In this document: piece after piece, positions 39,343 through 52,563 of the stretch
Layout of the letters: the number at the start of each line of letters is the position of its first letter
Position numbering within the stretch: the first letter of the stretch is position 1
Assembly (NCBI GenBank): GCA_013265495.1
Contig: MU058636.1
Span: 10,267,066-10,331,065, forward strand
Source of the DNA: Vicugna vicugna
Taxonomy: Eukaryota
Direction: 5' to 3'
DNA: 64,000 bases
The notes under the pieces: model-generated
Database searches by the model: none
The model's input: only the letters and a program-made list of their open reading frames with translations
Told to the model about the DNA's origin: nothing
Program-made: the position numbers and the translations under genes

Positions 39343-40399
39343 GATCAAGTATAATGGCCAGGATCAGTTCTGAGAAGTTAGACTTGCTTCCTTCGTTTGA
39401 GATTTCAATGCAAAATAATAAATCATTTCTGCCTAGCTGGAACAATTTACCTCAAAGTAAAAGCGTTTTGTTATGAAGTTCTGCTTCTCCTAAAGGAAGT
39501 AGGAGGGCTGACTAATGAAATGCATGTAGAATCTGCCACTAGCACCTTCACCAAACACCCCCTCCCCATAACCAACCAATCCAGTAAAAGTAACAAAAGC
39601 AGCAAAGTTGAATATTAAATAATAAAGAACAGGGGTGGGGGTGGTTGATACACACAGCCTCACTCCGGGTATGTGTCTGGTTAAACACTGGCCGAGACAC
39701 ACCAGCATGCTGTTCTTGGTCCAAATTTCTTACATCTATCCTTGCCAAACAGTGCAGCTGTCACTCAGGCTACAGCTCATGAATCTTGACCTACCAGCTG
39801 ACAACCAGTCCTAGAATGCTGATCCTATTGATGGAGAACCTTCCTGTGTTCTGGTTAAAATCCTTCTCCACAAAGTTCCTGCTGAACTGCTGACAGTAAC
39901 ATGATGACAGGATTCCCAAGGGCCAACCTCCCACTCCACTCCCAGGGTAGTCTCTATTCCCGAAGCATCTCCAGCCACTGTCTATGTGCACTCGCACCCC
40001 AGGTCTCCAAAGATTCGTTTTTCCCCTAACCACTGAGGTCTCCTGGAGCACCTCCAAAGTAAATCCAGGGCAAGGCAGCACATCTGGGCCTAGCAAAGCA
40101 TCTCCAACATATGCTCCGTAGAATAATGGCTCCTCCTGGAGTGAAAACTCACCGAGGACGTAAAATTCAGGACATTTGGCCACACAGACTGAAACAGGAT
40201 TCCCAATTTCATAATTTTTGAGCCTTTAATACACTTAACTTCATGTTAAAATACAAAGTAAAGCAAAGCAAAACACAGCACCCTTCATTAACTCAAATCT
40301 GTGTTTTGTTTTGTGGGTGTGATAACATGTACCTTCATGTCTCTGACACTTGTTGACAGACCAGACTGTGAAACCAATGCTTAGTGGCACACACTGTGG

Positions 40400-40600
40400 A
40401 AATGCCAGTCTAATGGTAGTCAAGAGGTCGAAGACCTAGGTCTGGCTCTATCTCTATGTGTATGACTTAGGACAAATTTTATATGCTGTGTATCTCAGCT
40501 TTCTTGTCTATAAAGTAGAAAAAATGCTTGTCCTAACTGCCTCACAGAGGAATTGTAATGGATACAACTGCTTCAAAAAGCATAGAGTACACGTGTGAGA
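40400..40600 (+). mobile_element. MIR-family SINE
   Basis: gaagacctaggtctggctct...tgtatgacttaggacaa...tctcagctttcttgtctataaa. Confidence 0.6.
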
Positions 40601-41810
40601 TTCTATGATGGTGCCCAGGGTAGAAGGGCACGCTACCTGAGAGCTGCAGAGCTACCCAAGCTTCCTAGCAAAGAACACAGCTGTCCCAGGTACCTTGGGA
40701 AGCCCAGGTGCTCTGTGAACCGTGAAACGTGCCCTCTTCTTCTCTGAAGGACGAAGGAGACGCAGGCTCTCCAAGCCAGGTCAGGTTACTCAGGACGAAG
40801 CAGGTCCTACACAGGCCCCTCTCCCGACATCTCACAGCAACAGCCAACATCAGTATCTTCAAAAATACACAAGGCAGAGTTACCAGGGGAGAAGGGGCCC
40901 ACTCAAATTTCATTTCCAGATCTCTTCCACCTCCCTAAATGCTTCTGTGAGAGGAAGGAAGGCAAGCAATGTACAGGAGGAGGAAGAGAAGGGGAGGAGA
41001 AGATAGGAGAATGTGATAGGTTGATTTGCTCAGAAAACAGCAGAATGAAAAAAATGACTATGATTCCTGAGACACAAGTCAGGAAAATACTCAAGCCCTA
41101 ACTGTGATGGTACACACTGTGTCAACTGCGATGTGAGTGGAGGGACAGTTTCCAGGGTCCTGGAAAAAGAGCCTGGAGGACAGGAACCTGTACACGGGCT
41201 CTCCTAATCAGCACATTGTGTAGCAGAACTAGTGCAGAACCAGATTAGGCAAAAATAGCATCGAGGACTGGACAGTTTATTTATATACAACATTTGACAA
41301 TGAATGTCAATTATGACACCCTGAAACCTCAGGTTCATGCTATTTGTAGCTAATATAAATAGTGATCTTTATTACCAGTTACGTGAGATCTATTTGGTCA
41401 ATTATTTCTTTTACAAGACAATCTCAAAGAATATAATGATGATAATATAATGATGTCTCTTGATGGCGAAGGCAATGGGGATTTTTATTTTCTAGCTGCA
41501 TGTTGTCTTTTTTTGTTGTTGTTAAAAGAAAGAGCATGTATAACTTTTAAAATCAGAATGAAGCTACTTCCTTAGGGGGGGAGACCTATTACTTACTCCT
41601 TTTTCATGCACTCATTCAAAAAATTGATTTCCTCCCAAGTGTGTGTATGATACACACACACATACAAACATATAAATACTTACATAATCAAATAAGATGA
41701 AGTCAGAAACTATATCCTAAGATTTTTGTTTTTCCAGGAAATGACAGCTCTTTTTCTTAAGCAGGAAGTGGAAGAAAACAATCATTTGATGGTAGTTTTA
41801 CACAAAACTA

Positions 41811-42015
41811 GTAGAATATAGTGGCTGAGGAACACGAGCCTGTTGTCAGACAAACTTGGATTCTAACCCGCTGCTGGCACCTAGTAAACTTGTGACCTTG
41901 GCTGTACCACAAACTCTCCATGCTTTACTCGCCTCCTCTGCAAAATGGGGATAATCATCATCACTTCAAAGGGTTTTTATAAGGATTAAAATGAGATAAC
42001 CAAACGAAGCACTTA
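41811..42015 (+). mobile_element. MIR SINE
   Basis: gtcagacaaacttggattctaacc...tgtgaccttgg...ctctgcaaaatggggataat...aggattaaaatgagataa. Confidence 0.8.
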
Positions 42016-43999
42016 TAAATACAAAATGTCAAGCCTACATCTAGCCTCTGACTCCAGGCAAGTCAAATGTCACGTGATTTCATGTCACCACCCAGCACAA
42101 ATTTGAAGAAAACCCAGTGCTGGTATGTTTTTTAGGCAAAATACTTCCAGGGCACTGGGTCTTAATGTTTATCCAACCATTATTAGCAGTAGCAACAAGA
42201 GATGCTGTCACTTGAAGGTGAAAGTCATCCAGGGCACAACCAAGCAAAATAAGCTCTGCCAGAAGCTCAAGGACCAGAGCAGGACTTCGCCGTCACCTAC
42301 ACACATACACACAGAGCGGTCTAGTTAGGCCAAGTCATGGGACTTGCTGGGTTACGGCCTGGACACCAACATTTTAAAGTCCAAGAGGAGAGGGTGTTGG
42401 GAAAAATAAGAAAGAGATACAAAATAAAATCAAATGCTTGGGCACTTCCTTGAAGAAAGCTTTTCCAGGGTGTAATAGGTAGCTGGAGTGGACGGAGCAC
42501 CCCTGAAAATCTTAGCCGGGTTCTGTGACCCCCTTTCTTTATTTTGGGTAAACCCTGAAGACATACTGCTTGAAGGCAAAAAGGTGAACAAAAATAGAGT
42601 GCAACAGCCTTCACACTTGTTGCTGAAACACATTCCTTCACCTTTGAAAGATAATCATGAGAACTTGCGGAGGGCTGTCCTCATATAATAGGACAAATTG
42701 TGTTTAAATTGGGAAGCCAGCTGCTCCTTGATCAGTCATCCTTTTATCATCAACAGAACTTTAATTAGCCTCCATCTGCTTCCTGTTTTATGCCACAAAT
42801 CTTAACTTTCACCTGTTGGAACCAAACTGCAATAACTACACCCATAGTAAATAAAAACAACGAACTTTTCATACAACATGTAACTAATACTCATTAAGTT
42901 GATACTGGGCTATTCAAAATAGTGCCTATTCAAACCAACTATTTTCCCATAAATGACAGTGTTCTATACTAAAAATTCAACAGAAACTGTCTCCCACCCA
43001 CATCTTCTTGCATTTTTTCCATTAAGAAGGTTTTCAAGCTGTCTGGCTTCAATTTCCTGACTTTACTCATAAGTATGGGGCCATGTCAGGTCATGTGGTA
43101 ACAATGGACAAATTTCAAAAACATAATGCTGACTTCAAAAAAAAAAAGTTGCTGAATGATACCTACACTGACACCATTTATATAAATGTAAAGGGGATGT
43201 GACTATATAGGATTTATGGACCCACACAGTAAGCCAATCAGGGGGCAGGCTTCTCTAAGAAAAGGAGCCCCCAACAGCCCAAGTCTGGATTAGTGACTCA
43301 GGGAAGGCAGAAAGGTTTCAAGCAAGATGGGTGATATTTGTTAAAACCATGTGGAGGCATGTGCTTACTAATTACATATTAGCCTCTGTGCTTTTCTAGA
43401 TGTTGGGGATATTTCATCAAGTTGTTAAGAGAAAAACAAATGGAGGGTGACAGCAGCCAACAAGGGAAGGAGAGTAGGCACCCTATACTTTCTGACCCCG
43501 ACCCAGGCACATGCCCATCTGAGAGCTGGGGTAGCAGGGAACATGCCACACCCCAAACTCATCCTTTGAGAAAGGCTGAGTAACAGTACATGTGCCTCAA
43601 GGGCAGGGACCCTGCTCTCTCATCTTGAATCTCCCCATGCTAAGGACCTGAAATATGAGTATTACTTGAGTCAATCAATATATATCAGAAGAGGATTTCT
43701 TGTGCTGCTATCTTCTAGCCCAATAATCAAGCACATCAAGTCAATTTCCCTTTCTTGAAGTAATCTGAAAAGATGAGCGGGTTACCCCTCCAGGCTAATG
43801 ACCAACCTATTGAAAACTAAAACCCTAAAGCCCCTGGCTCAGAGGTTGGGATCCAGCAGGTAAGGAGTGGGGCCCAGACTCCCTGTATTAAGAGTCCTAA
43901 CAGTGAGAGTCACCAGGTTTGGAAACACCTGGACTAGCTCCATGCCCAACATTTTTTTTCAGTTCTCATATTCTAAGAAAATCACTCAACTGTGTTATT

Positions 44000-44092
44000 C
44001 CATATAGATTCTGATTCAATAAGAGGAGGGCGAAGTTCCAGGAATACTCTTAACAAGTACCTCATCTGACAGGCAAGTTTGAGAAACACTGT
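44000..44092. mobile_element. MER5-like fragment
   Basis: agattctgattcaat...ccaggaat...taacaagtacc...gtttgagaaacactg. Confidence 0.55.
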
Positions 44093-47000
44093 GTTAGGGT
44101 GCTTTGGGGTCATTAACACCAAATAATAAAAGGCAACTTATTTAATAAGTAGTTAAGAAAGGATGTTTAAAAATATAAGGTTATGGATAAGAGCCAGTTT
44201 GTTCTGAGATTAAACTTTAAAACATCATTGTTTTTCAGAAAGAAAAACAGAAGCATCATTAGTGAATGAGGACATGTCAACTTCACCTTTCAATTTCCTG
44301 GAACTTTCCTCCCCCGCTTTCCTCTTTAATATATAGTATTTCCTTTGGACACACAAGCAGCCAACTTCACAATGCAGGCTTTAACAAGATCACTGCTCCA
44401 GATACCAAAAAGCCAGCCAGGGACTCAGTGGGAGGAGCCCTGCTGCAGCCTGACTGCACCCACTTCCATGGCTCCTGCTTTGGCAGAGAAAAGGTAATCA
44501 TGTCTTGTCAAACACTGATGTCACTTCAAATTCCTTTACATTTCTGACAAGCCATCTGACACAGGGTGGAGACGGACTTCACACTTGCTCTGAGGAAATT
44601 AACAGTGGAATGTACTTTCATGGTATCAAAGGTTCTGCACACAGCGGAGCTGAGAGGAGGTTAAGTGAGCCTGACTCAGGTTAACGCAGAAGGAAAGGAG
44701 TGTGAAATCCCATCCAAAAATAGATTCCAGCAGCCAGCAGTTTTCAAGGGCTGAAAGCAAAATCTATATGACAAAGATGTCTAGATAAGTGAAAAACTAT
44801 CCTAGCTAGTCAGTCACATCAAGGTTCACATCACATCAAACATCTTTTGGAGGTGTTCAGTGCACACCTTTAACAAGTTCCATGTTTGAGATGAGGCCAA
44901 TCCAAAAAGGGGCTCCTTCTTTCAGGGTGTGCTCAAGTGATCTGTGAACCCTCCTCCCCATCCCACGACCAAGGGCCAGTCTTCCACATATGCTGCATAC
45001 ACTTTCCCCCTAACTCTAAGGCTGCTGCTGTGATGTGAAAGTCTTTGAAAAATAAAAGTGAGAAAGCCCTCAGGCCAAAAACTCTGGATTACAGTCCATA
45101 AAGTTGTGGAATCAATCAATGAGGCCAGTTTTTTTTTCCCACTAATAAAATAGGAAACTTGTCTATTTTGTAAAACTGTCTTATCTTGTGTGTGCACATG
45201 TACACTGAGACATACTGGAAAATGGATTTCTTACTAAGTATCAGGCTGGGGGCAAAATGAGAAAGCCTCAAGAACAGAAAGAAATGTAGTACTTCCTAGA
45301 GGACACGCTTTCCCTCTCTAGGAAAGGCCTAACAATGAAGCCCGATAAAACGGAGCACAGCTCCATCCCCAGGGTTTCTGGAGATCTCCCAAATCCTCAG
45401 GGAGCTCCCACTCTGCAGGCAAAAGAGGGGCCTTCTTTCCCTGCTCCTCGCAAGGCAGAATGATTCACCATCCGGACAAGGAAGACCAGAGGCTGGGAAA
45501 GGGTTGTGTAGTAGCATGTTTTTTAACCAAGTAACTTCTGGGTGAGTTACTTTCTTATCAAGAGAACAAACATGGTATTGCCAAACCTTCACAGAGTATG
45601 ATTTTGAAGAAATATTACTCAAGTCTCCATCTTTCCTTCGTGTGGGTGCAGAGTCAGCACAAGGAAACCATGGCTCAGGCAAGTGAGAAAAAATGAATTT
45701 AGATTATGTTTACAAGCCAAGGAAAGGAGAAAAGAAGACACGCTGAACAAATCCTCTACTGGAAACATTGCTAAAGTGTTTTTAAACTGAAGATTATACC
45801 ACCACTTAAGATATTTTTTCTCTACTATTTTGCCCAGCATATTACAAAACTGCATCTAGGACTGAAATAGCAGATTGCCTCAAGAGCAAATGACAATATT
45901 TGTACCAGAAATGTTGGCAACCAGCGGCACAGATGGGTTTCTGCACAGCAATCTTCAAACTGGGGCTCCAAGAATAACTCCACCTACTGCACCAATGCTA
46001 AATTGCCGAATCCAAAGTCAGAAGGGCTCATTATTCCATATTTTTTCCACCACTCCTTCCCAAATGCACGTGTACCTGCCTGACCTCCTTCTGCCAGGAG
46101 TAGGCTCGGAATGAAGAAGAAAAAGAGTGACAGCAGGCCAGAGTGACAAGGTCCCCAGGCATCAACAGGAGTGAGTGGTCCGTTATCCACAAGATGCAGG
46201 AACATGAAAAAGATGGAAAACTCTAGATGAGCCAAAGTTACTTACCATGAATGGTTTTAATCTTCCCCTTCAAATACAAATTTAAAAATATTTATCCAAA
46301 TTTCATCTCCTCTCCAAGGCTGGGTACCTTTGTAAAATAACATCATTTTTATTAAAAGAAAGACTCAAGAATGGAGGGAGGAACTTGTACTAACCATAAT
46401 AATTACTAGGATGGTCCCAAAGGCAGTCCTTCTACACCTACAGCACAATTCACTAGACAAAAACCAAATCTCCTTTAAGTGCTTGAAGAAAACAGCCACC
46501 TTTAAACAAAGGAGCTGGCACTTTCTTGTCTGTGCTCACTGACTGCCAAAGACTATGTGCTGTTCTTCCTCCGTTCCTCTGCGATTTCTACCAAATGGTC
46601 TGGAAAGGCAAATTAAACAGAAGTCTTCACTTAAGGAGACATTAATTATGAAACCTATCCAATTAAAGTGCTGTCATTGCCATTCACAGCATCCTTTCTC
46701 TGTCTTTGAAAACGGCCAGGGCTTTGGCATTGGAAATGGGTCTCTGCCTCTGCTGTGCAGGACGACCTCCAAGCAAACCATAAGGTCTTCCATACCAAAG
46801 ACAACAAATGGACAAACTTTTTCAGGTTAGGACAGCGCTTTTCAAATTACATAATGCAGAGTACAGAATACTGCATCATGTTCCATATCCCCACATCTCC
46901 CACGGTGCAGAAGGTCCAGAATCTCACAAACTAAATTCAATTAACAAAAGGTCAGGGGTTCAGGTAAACAGAAGCCTACATTTAAATAAATGTTAAATTT

Positions 47001-48992
47001 AATCCTTGAGAAACCAAGAGTGGAGGATTAATGGAGCACTAAAATTCCTACCCTTCCTCTCCAAATGATTAGTGTGTTCCTAAGACAGGCTCTGGTTATG
47101 ACTCCCTGAACTATACTTCTCAGGAAGGTCAGGTATATCTGGAGAAAGGACCTCTACTTTCACTACCATGCCTTGATTCAGCTGAATCTGGGTAAGCCAA
47201 GTGACGTCATGAGTAAAACAAAGTTCTCTGCCTTCCTTTTCATTTTCCACTAAGTTAGCTAAAATCCCAGTAAATGAGGGTGCTAACCCTTCACAATCAT
47301 AACTAGCAGAAGCAAACAATGGTCACAGAATCCCAAAGTCCAGAAGAAAAAAACTTTTCAGCTTTGGAATAAATTTTCATCCTTATATTTGACTGAGTGT
47401 ATAAGATTTGGGGGAAGTTTACTCCAAGCCGGAAAGTCACCACAAGAAGACCCCACTAAAAAGGAGCTGGGAAGCAGTATGATTATTCCCATTAGTCATC
47501 AAATCTCCTCAACCCCCACTGGTAGAAGGCACCAGCCTAATAAGAGCAGTCCTCAGCCAAACCCTCTCTAGAGATTTCAGAATGAGCAAAGGAGCCTTCC
47601 TCAGTAAAACAAAAGGCAGGTCGCTCATAGTCAACAAGACAGTGGTTTGGAAATCCTGCTGATGCAAACAGCCCATCGGTCAGTCAGTCAGGGGAGATCA
47701 TCAAGAAATGACCACAAGAGTATCTGACACTAGAAGGAACCTCAAACATTCCCATTTATTCTCATAAACAGTTTCAAACAATTAATTCTAAACAAGAGAA
47801 TGGCATGAAATTTACATTTTCTTCCCAATCAAGGCCTTTCTCACCAACAGTGACATGGAATTAAAAAAATATATATCACATAAGCACAGTTAGCATTATT
47901 TTTAGAAACAACTTTCATTTCCATTTTAATTTACTTAAAATTCAAAACTTGCTAATAATAGAAAGTATTTCAGTGTCACTAAAACCGGAAGTTGCTGCAA
48001 AATAAAATATGGTACTTCAGAGTCAAACACAAGGATCTGTGTTGTAAAAAGAGTCAAACTCAAGGATCCCTGTTGTAAAATATTTGGTCTTTGTTACTCT
48101 CTCAGCATTCAATTTGTAAAAGGAAACATGTTCCAGTCTGGTTAATTAACCAGTAACATAAGTCAAATAATGAATGCTGCTGCTTCCTAAATAAATCAGA
48201 CTAGATTAACAGAATCCTTTGAGTTTATTCTGTTTCCGAACACATTTCAAAGCCACCAAGGTGACTCTTAACTGGAAGTTAAGAAAGAAGAAACGTGCTT
48301 CCGTGTGTCAGCAACAGAGGTTTGCAGGGGAGCCACTGTTCCCAGGCGAGGGGCCTGAGCTGGCTGGAGGAGCTGCCAGACTCCTGGGGCTGGTCACCAG
48401 AGCATGACTGGACAAGACCAGAAGCAGATGTCTGATGGGTGCTTGGAAACAAGAAGATGAGGACGCAAATACGAGCAACTTGGAAAGTGACAGGTCTTAC
48501 TCTTTAGCCATAATGTGCAAGAGAGAAGTAAATTTTAGCAAAAGTCTGCAATTCTGTCCCGTGGCAGCCTCTCTCTCCCTACTGCTTATGGCCCTTACCC
48601 AATTCCTCCTAGTAACAACAGTGTTATTTAACAACCCCTCTAGCCAGTCCGAAAATGTAACAGATTTGAAAACCATCATTTCTGTCCCAGAATGACTACT
48701 CCAGCACAGTGACAGAGAAGCCTACTTGGATAAACAAAAAACCTATTTTCACAAAACACGGGATTGGATTAGTCTAGTACCATCTAATAACATCTTAAGC
48801 TAAAAGATGCAAACAAAACACTATGAGAGGTATTTACACCAAGGCCTAAATGCCACAAATGGAGAAATCCTCTCCTTGCTGACTCCTGGGTCCCATCTTA
48901 CAAAATGACACCCTGCAGTTTCTATCCCTAAAAGAGCTTTCCTGCCAAAAATGAACATTATCCAAATGCCCACCCCTTCCAGAGCTAAAGTA

Positions 48993-49155
48993 AAGCATTA
49001 TGTCTAAAAAAAAAAAAAATCTACATACCTTAATTTTAAAACAATGCTGTTGGAAAAATGGTGCTGACAGACTTGCTCAACACAGGGTTTGCCACCAACC
49101 TTCAGTTTGCAATAAATGCGGTATATGCAAACTGCAATAAAGCAAGGTATGCTTG
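48993..49155 (-). mobile_element. Internally deleted Tigger1-derived (TcMar) fragment
   Basis: The minus strand begins caagcataccttgctttattgc...aaggttggtggcaaaccctg...gagcaagtct...ccatttttccaacagca (Tigger1 5' end), fused to ttaaggtatgta...tttagacataatgct (Tigger1 3' region); flanking TA at 49156-49157. Confidence 0.75.
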
Positions 49156-50920
49156 TACTCCAAAATGGGAACCTAGCAAGGCTAAAATATGAAAACTCAA
49201 ACTCAGAACTAGTAAAATCTAAAGATGAACCAAAAACAGCACCAACCCAGAACATTCAAAAGCTAAAGTTAAGTTTTCCATCTCCGCAGCAGAGGTTAAT
49301 CCCAGCAGTCTCAAAGTCTAGATTTGTTACATTGGCTCAGATTTGCTGTGAATGAAGTGATGAGGATGAGGAGAGATGTTGAAAAGCCAATCCAGTTTAA
49401 ACACCACACTGAGAACTGTACTAAGGCCTTCTGTGCAGCTATTTTATTTTTTTTTAAAGAAAATCAAATTGCTTTGGGGACTGGAATAGACTTAATTTAA
49501 CTAAACATTCTGCCTGGAATGTGACAATTTTCAGTTAACATTCCTCTTTATAAGCTGCCCAGTAAAATCCTCTTTTACTTAATGTCCACTCCCTCTGGTT
49601 TTCAAAGTGTTAGGTATCACTAAAAACACAATGCGTAGATTCTAGAAGACCACTGGAGCGCTGGAGCATGACTGATGAAAGGAGGAAGAACAGAAGGCCA
49701 AAAGGACAAGCAGTCTCAAGCAGAGAGCAGGACCACTCAGGGAGTTCATCAGAAAGTCCATCATTTCTGCTCTGCAAATTCACTGAGAATCATAGAGACC
49801 TTCTGCCAACAAGTAAGGAGAAGAGTTGCTGGTTGTATGTTATTTCCTGAGGACAAAATATAACTTAAAACTATGGAAAGGTTATTTCAAATGTTTGGTT
49901 GCAATAACTCAGTAAGTAAGTTAAAGCTTTGCAAGCAGATTAAATGAAATAAATCAGTAGCCTGAATTCTCACAAACTGGCATCCTCCCCCTACCACATT
50001 CACATGTGTTTCACCCTTCCCAGAAGGGGGTATCACAGTGTGCTGTCCCCATCTTACGTAATCTTCACCCTGCTCTCATCTCTTCCTCCAACAGCCCTCA
50101 GATTACTAAACTGCGGGCAAACTAATGTGAGGACCTGTGTACCTGCCATCCATTAAAATATATATGTTTCAAAACTCTGGACACAGAGCTGCCTGCACAA
50201 TTTGTTTTGTGAACTAGGCCTACAATGTCTTCCAGCGAGTTATCTTAAATTTTTAAAAGCAGCAGATCAATTTGTATTTCAAAGATCCATAACAAAGAAC
50301 ACTCTCTTTGAGAATAGCATTCAAAGCAGGGAAGAAGCAAGACTAAACCAGAAGCCTGTCCTGCTTACTACATTCCTTAGGAACATTTTCTGAATAGCTC
50401 CAGTTCTACAACTAGAACTGTAGCATCAGGTGACCCCTGCCTTGGATGTAAGCTCCTAAAGGACTAAAACTCTGTCTTACTCTTATCTTTCTGCAGTGCT
50501 TAGCATGGCCAAGAAAACACACTTCTAATAACTGAGAAGAATCCAAGTTATTCCCTCCTTCTTCTCAATTTCAATAATCCTAATTCTTATTTTCCAATTC
50601 CTCATATTACTTTACCGCTTAAAGGGATGGCAGACCCCTACTGTCTTGCCATGAAATATTAAAGAAATATATAGGGGGCAATTCTGGGTCTCACATTATT
50701 AAATGTAATAAGAGGCACATGGCTTTTGATATTTCCAATCCAGTAAGTAATCATGTCACAGCCTACCTAACAGTTATGTTTATAAAATTTAACAATATCA
50801 ACTATGCCTCAAGAAGAGAAGGAAGTATTTTAAATGAGATCATTTCAAATCTAAGACTCGAGGTGGAGAGGTACTGAATCTTGGGTCACATACATAACAT
50901 GGTGATTAGAAAACAGTTTA

Positions 50921-52320
50921 ACAGACATATGGACCAATGGAACAAAATAGAGAGCCCAGAAATGAACCCACAAACCTTTGGTCAACTAATCTTCGACAAA
51001 GGAGGCAAGAATATACAATGGAATAAAGACAGTCTCTTCAGCAAATGGTGTTGGGAAAACTGGACAGCAGCATGTAAAACAATGAAGCTAGAACACACCC
51101 TTACACCATATACAAAAATCAACTCAAAATGGATTAAAGACTTAAACATAAGACAAGATACAATAAATCTCCTAGAGGAAAACATAGGCAAAACATTATC
51201 TGACATACATTTCAAAAATTTTCTCCTAGAAGAAATAAAAGCAAGAATAAACAAATGGGACCTAATGAAACTTACAAGCTTCTGCAGAGCAAAGGAAACC
51301 AGAAATAAAACAAGAAGAAAACCTACGGAATGGGAGAAAATTTTTGCAAGTGAAACCGACAAAGGCTTGATCTCCAAAATATATAAGCAGCTCATACGAC
51401 TCAATAAGAAAAAAATAAACAACCCAATCCAAAAATGGGCAGAAGACCTAAACAAGCAATTCTCCAAGGAAGACATACAAATGATCAAAAAGCACATGAA
51501 AAAATGCTCAATATCACTAATTATCAGAGAAATGCAAATCAAAACTACAATGAGGTATCACCTCACACCAGTCAGAATGGCCGTCATTCAAAAATCCAAA
51601 AATGACAAATGCTGGAGAGGCTGTGGAGAAAGGGGAACCCTCCTACACTGCTGGTGGGAATGCAGTTTGGTGCAGCCACTATGGAAAACAGTGTGGAGAT
51701 TCCTCAAAAGACTAGGAATAGACTTGCCATATGACCCAGGAATCCCACTCCTGGGCTTGTATCCAGAAGGAACCCTACTTCAAAAAGACACCTGCACTCC
51801 AATGTTCATAGCAGCACTATTTACAATAGCCAAAACATGGAAACAGCCTAAATGTCCATCAACAGGTGACTGGATAAAGAAGATGTGGTATATTTATACA
51901 ATGGAATACTACTCAGCCATAAAAACCGACAACATAACGCCATTTGCAGCAACATGGATGCTCCTAGAGAATGTCATTCTAAGTGAAGTAAGCCAGAAAG
52001 AGAAAGAAAAATACCATATGAGATCGCTCATATGTGGAATCTAAAGACTCATGGACAGAGAATACAGACTTGTGGTTACCAGGGGGGTAGAGGGTGGGAA
52101 GGGATAGACTGGGATTTCAAAATTGTAGAATAGATAAACAAGATTACACTGTATAGCACAGGGAAATATACACAAAATGTTATGATAAATCACAGAGAAA
52201 AAAATGTGACAATGAGTGTGTATATGTCCATGAATGACTGAAAAATTGTGCTGAACACTGGTATTTGACACAACATTGTAAAATGATTATAAATCAATAA
52301 AAAATGTTAAAAAAAAAAAA
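50921..52320 (+). mobile_element. Young 5'-truncated L1 (1.4 kb), antisense to FOXO1, with 13-bp TSD
   Basis: TSD agaaaacagttta at 50908-50920 and 52321-52333; ORF2 end, G-rich 3'UTR, aataaa and poly(A). Confidence 0.97.
50923..52044 (+). pseudogene. L1 ORF2p C-terminal fragment, frame uninterrupted (no EN or RT core, non-autonomous)
   Basis: [27 protein letters not shown] motif [18 protein letters not shown] and [13 protein letters not shown]. The ORF track's first residues come from flanking DNA and the TSD. Confidence 0.93.
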
Positions 52321-52563
52321 AGAAAACAGTTTACTTCCAGGGTCTCAAGCACCAGTGTACAAACATTCCAATATGTTACTGTTTTCTACCTAGGTAATAA
52401 TAAAAAGCTTAGCAAGATATGTAAACATCCTGCAAAGAAAAGCTATTACCACTGTACAGTGTGCTTTAAAAATATTTCAAGTTCAAATTTGAAACCTAGC
52501 AATAAATAAGTAATACAAACTACTGGACATTCCAACTATGGGATGGTTCTAACTTATACAAGT

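Noticed and set aside
39082..39445. ERRGE- and LLSSP-repeat ORFs
   Set aside because: Translations of a simple repeat across an N gap.
50982..51542. 186-aa minus-strand ORF
   Set aside because: Common antisense shadow of L1 ORF2.
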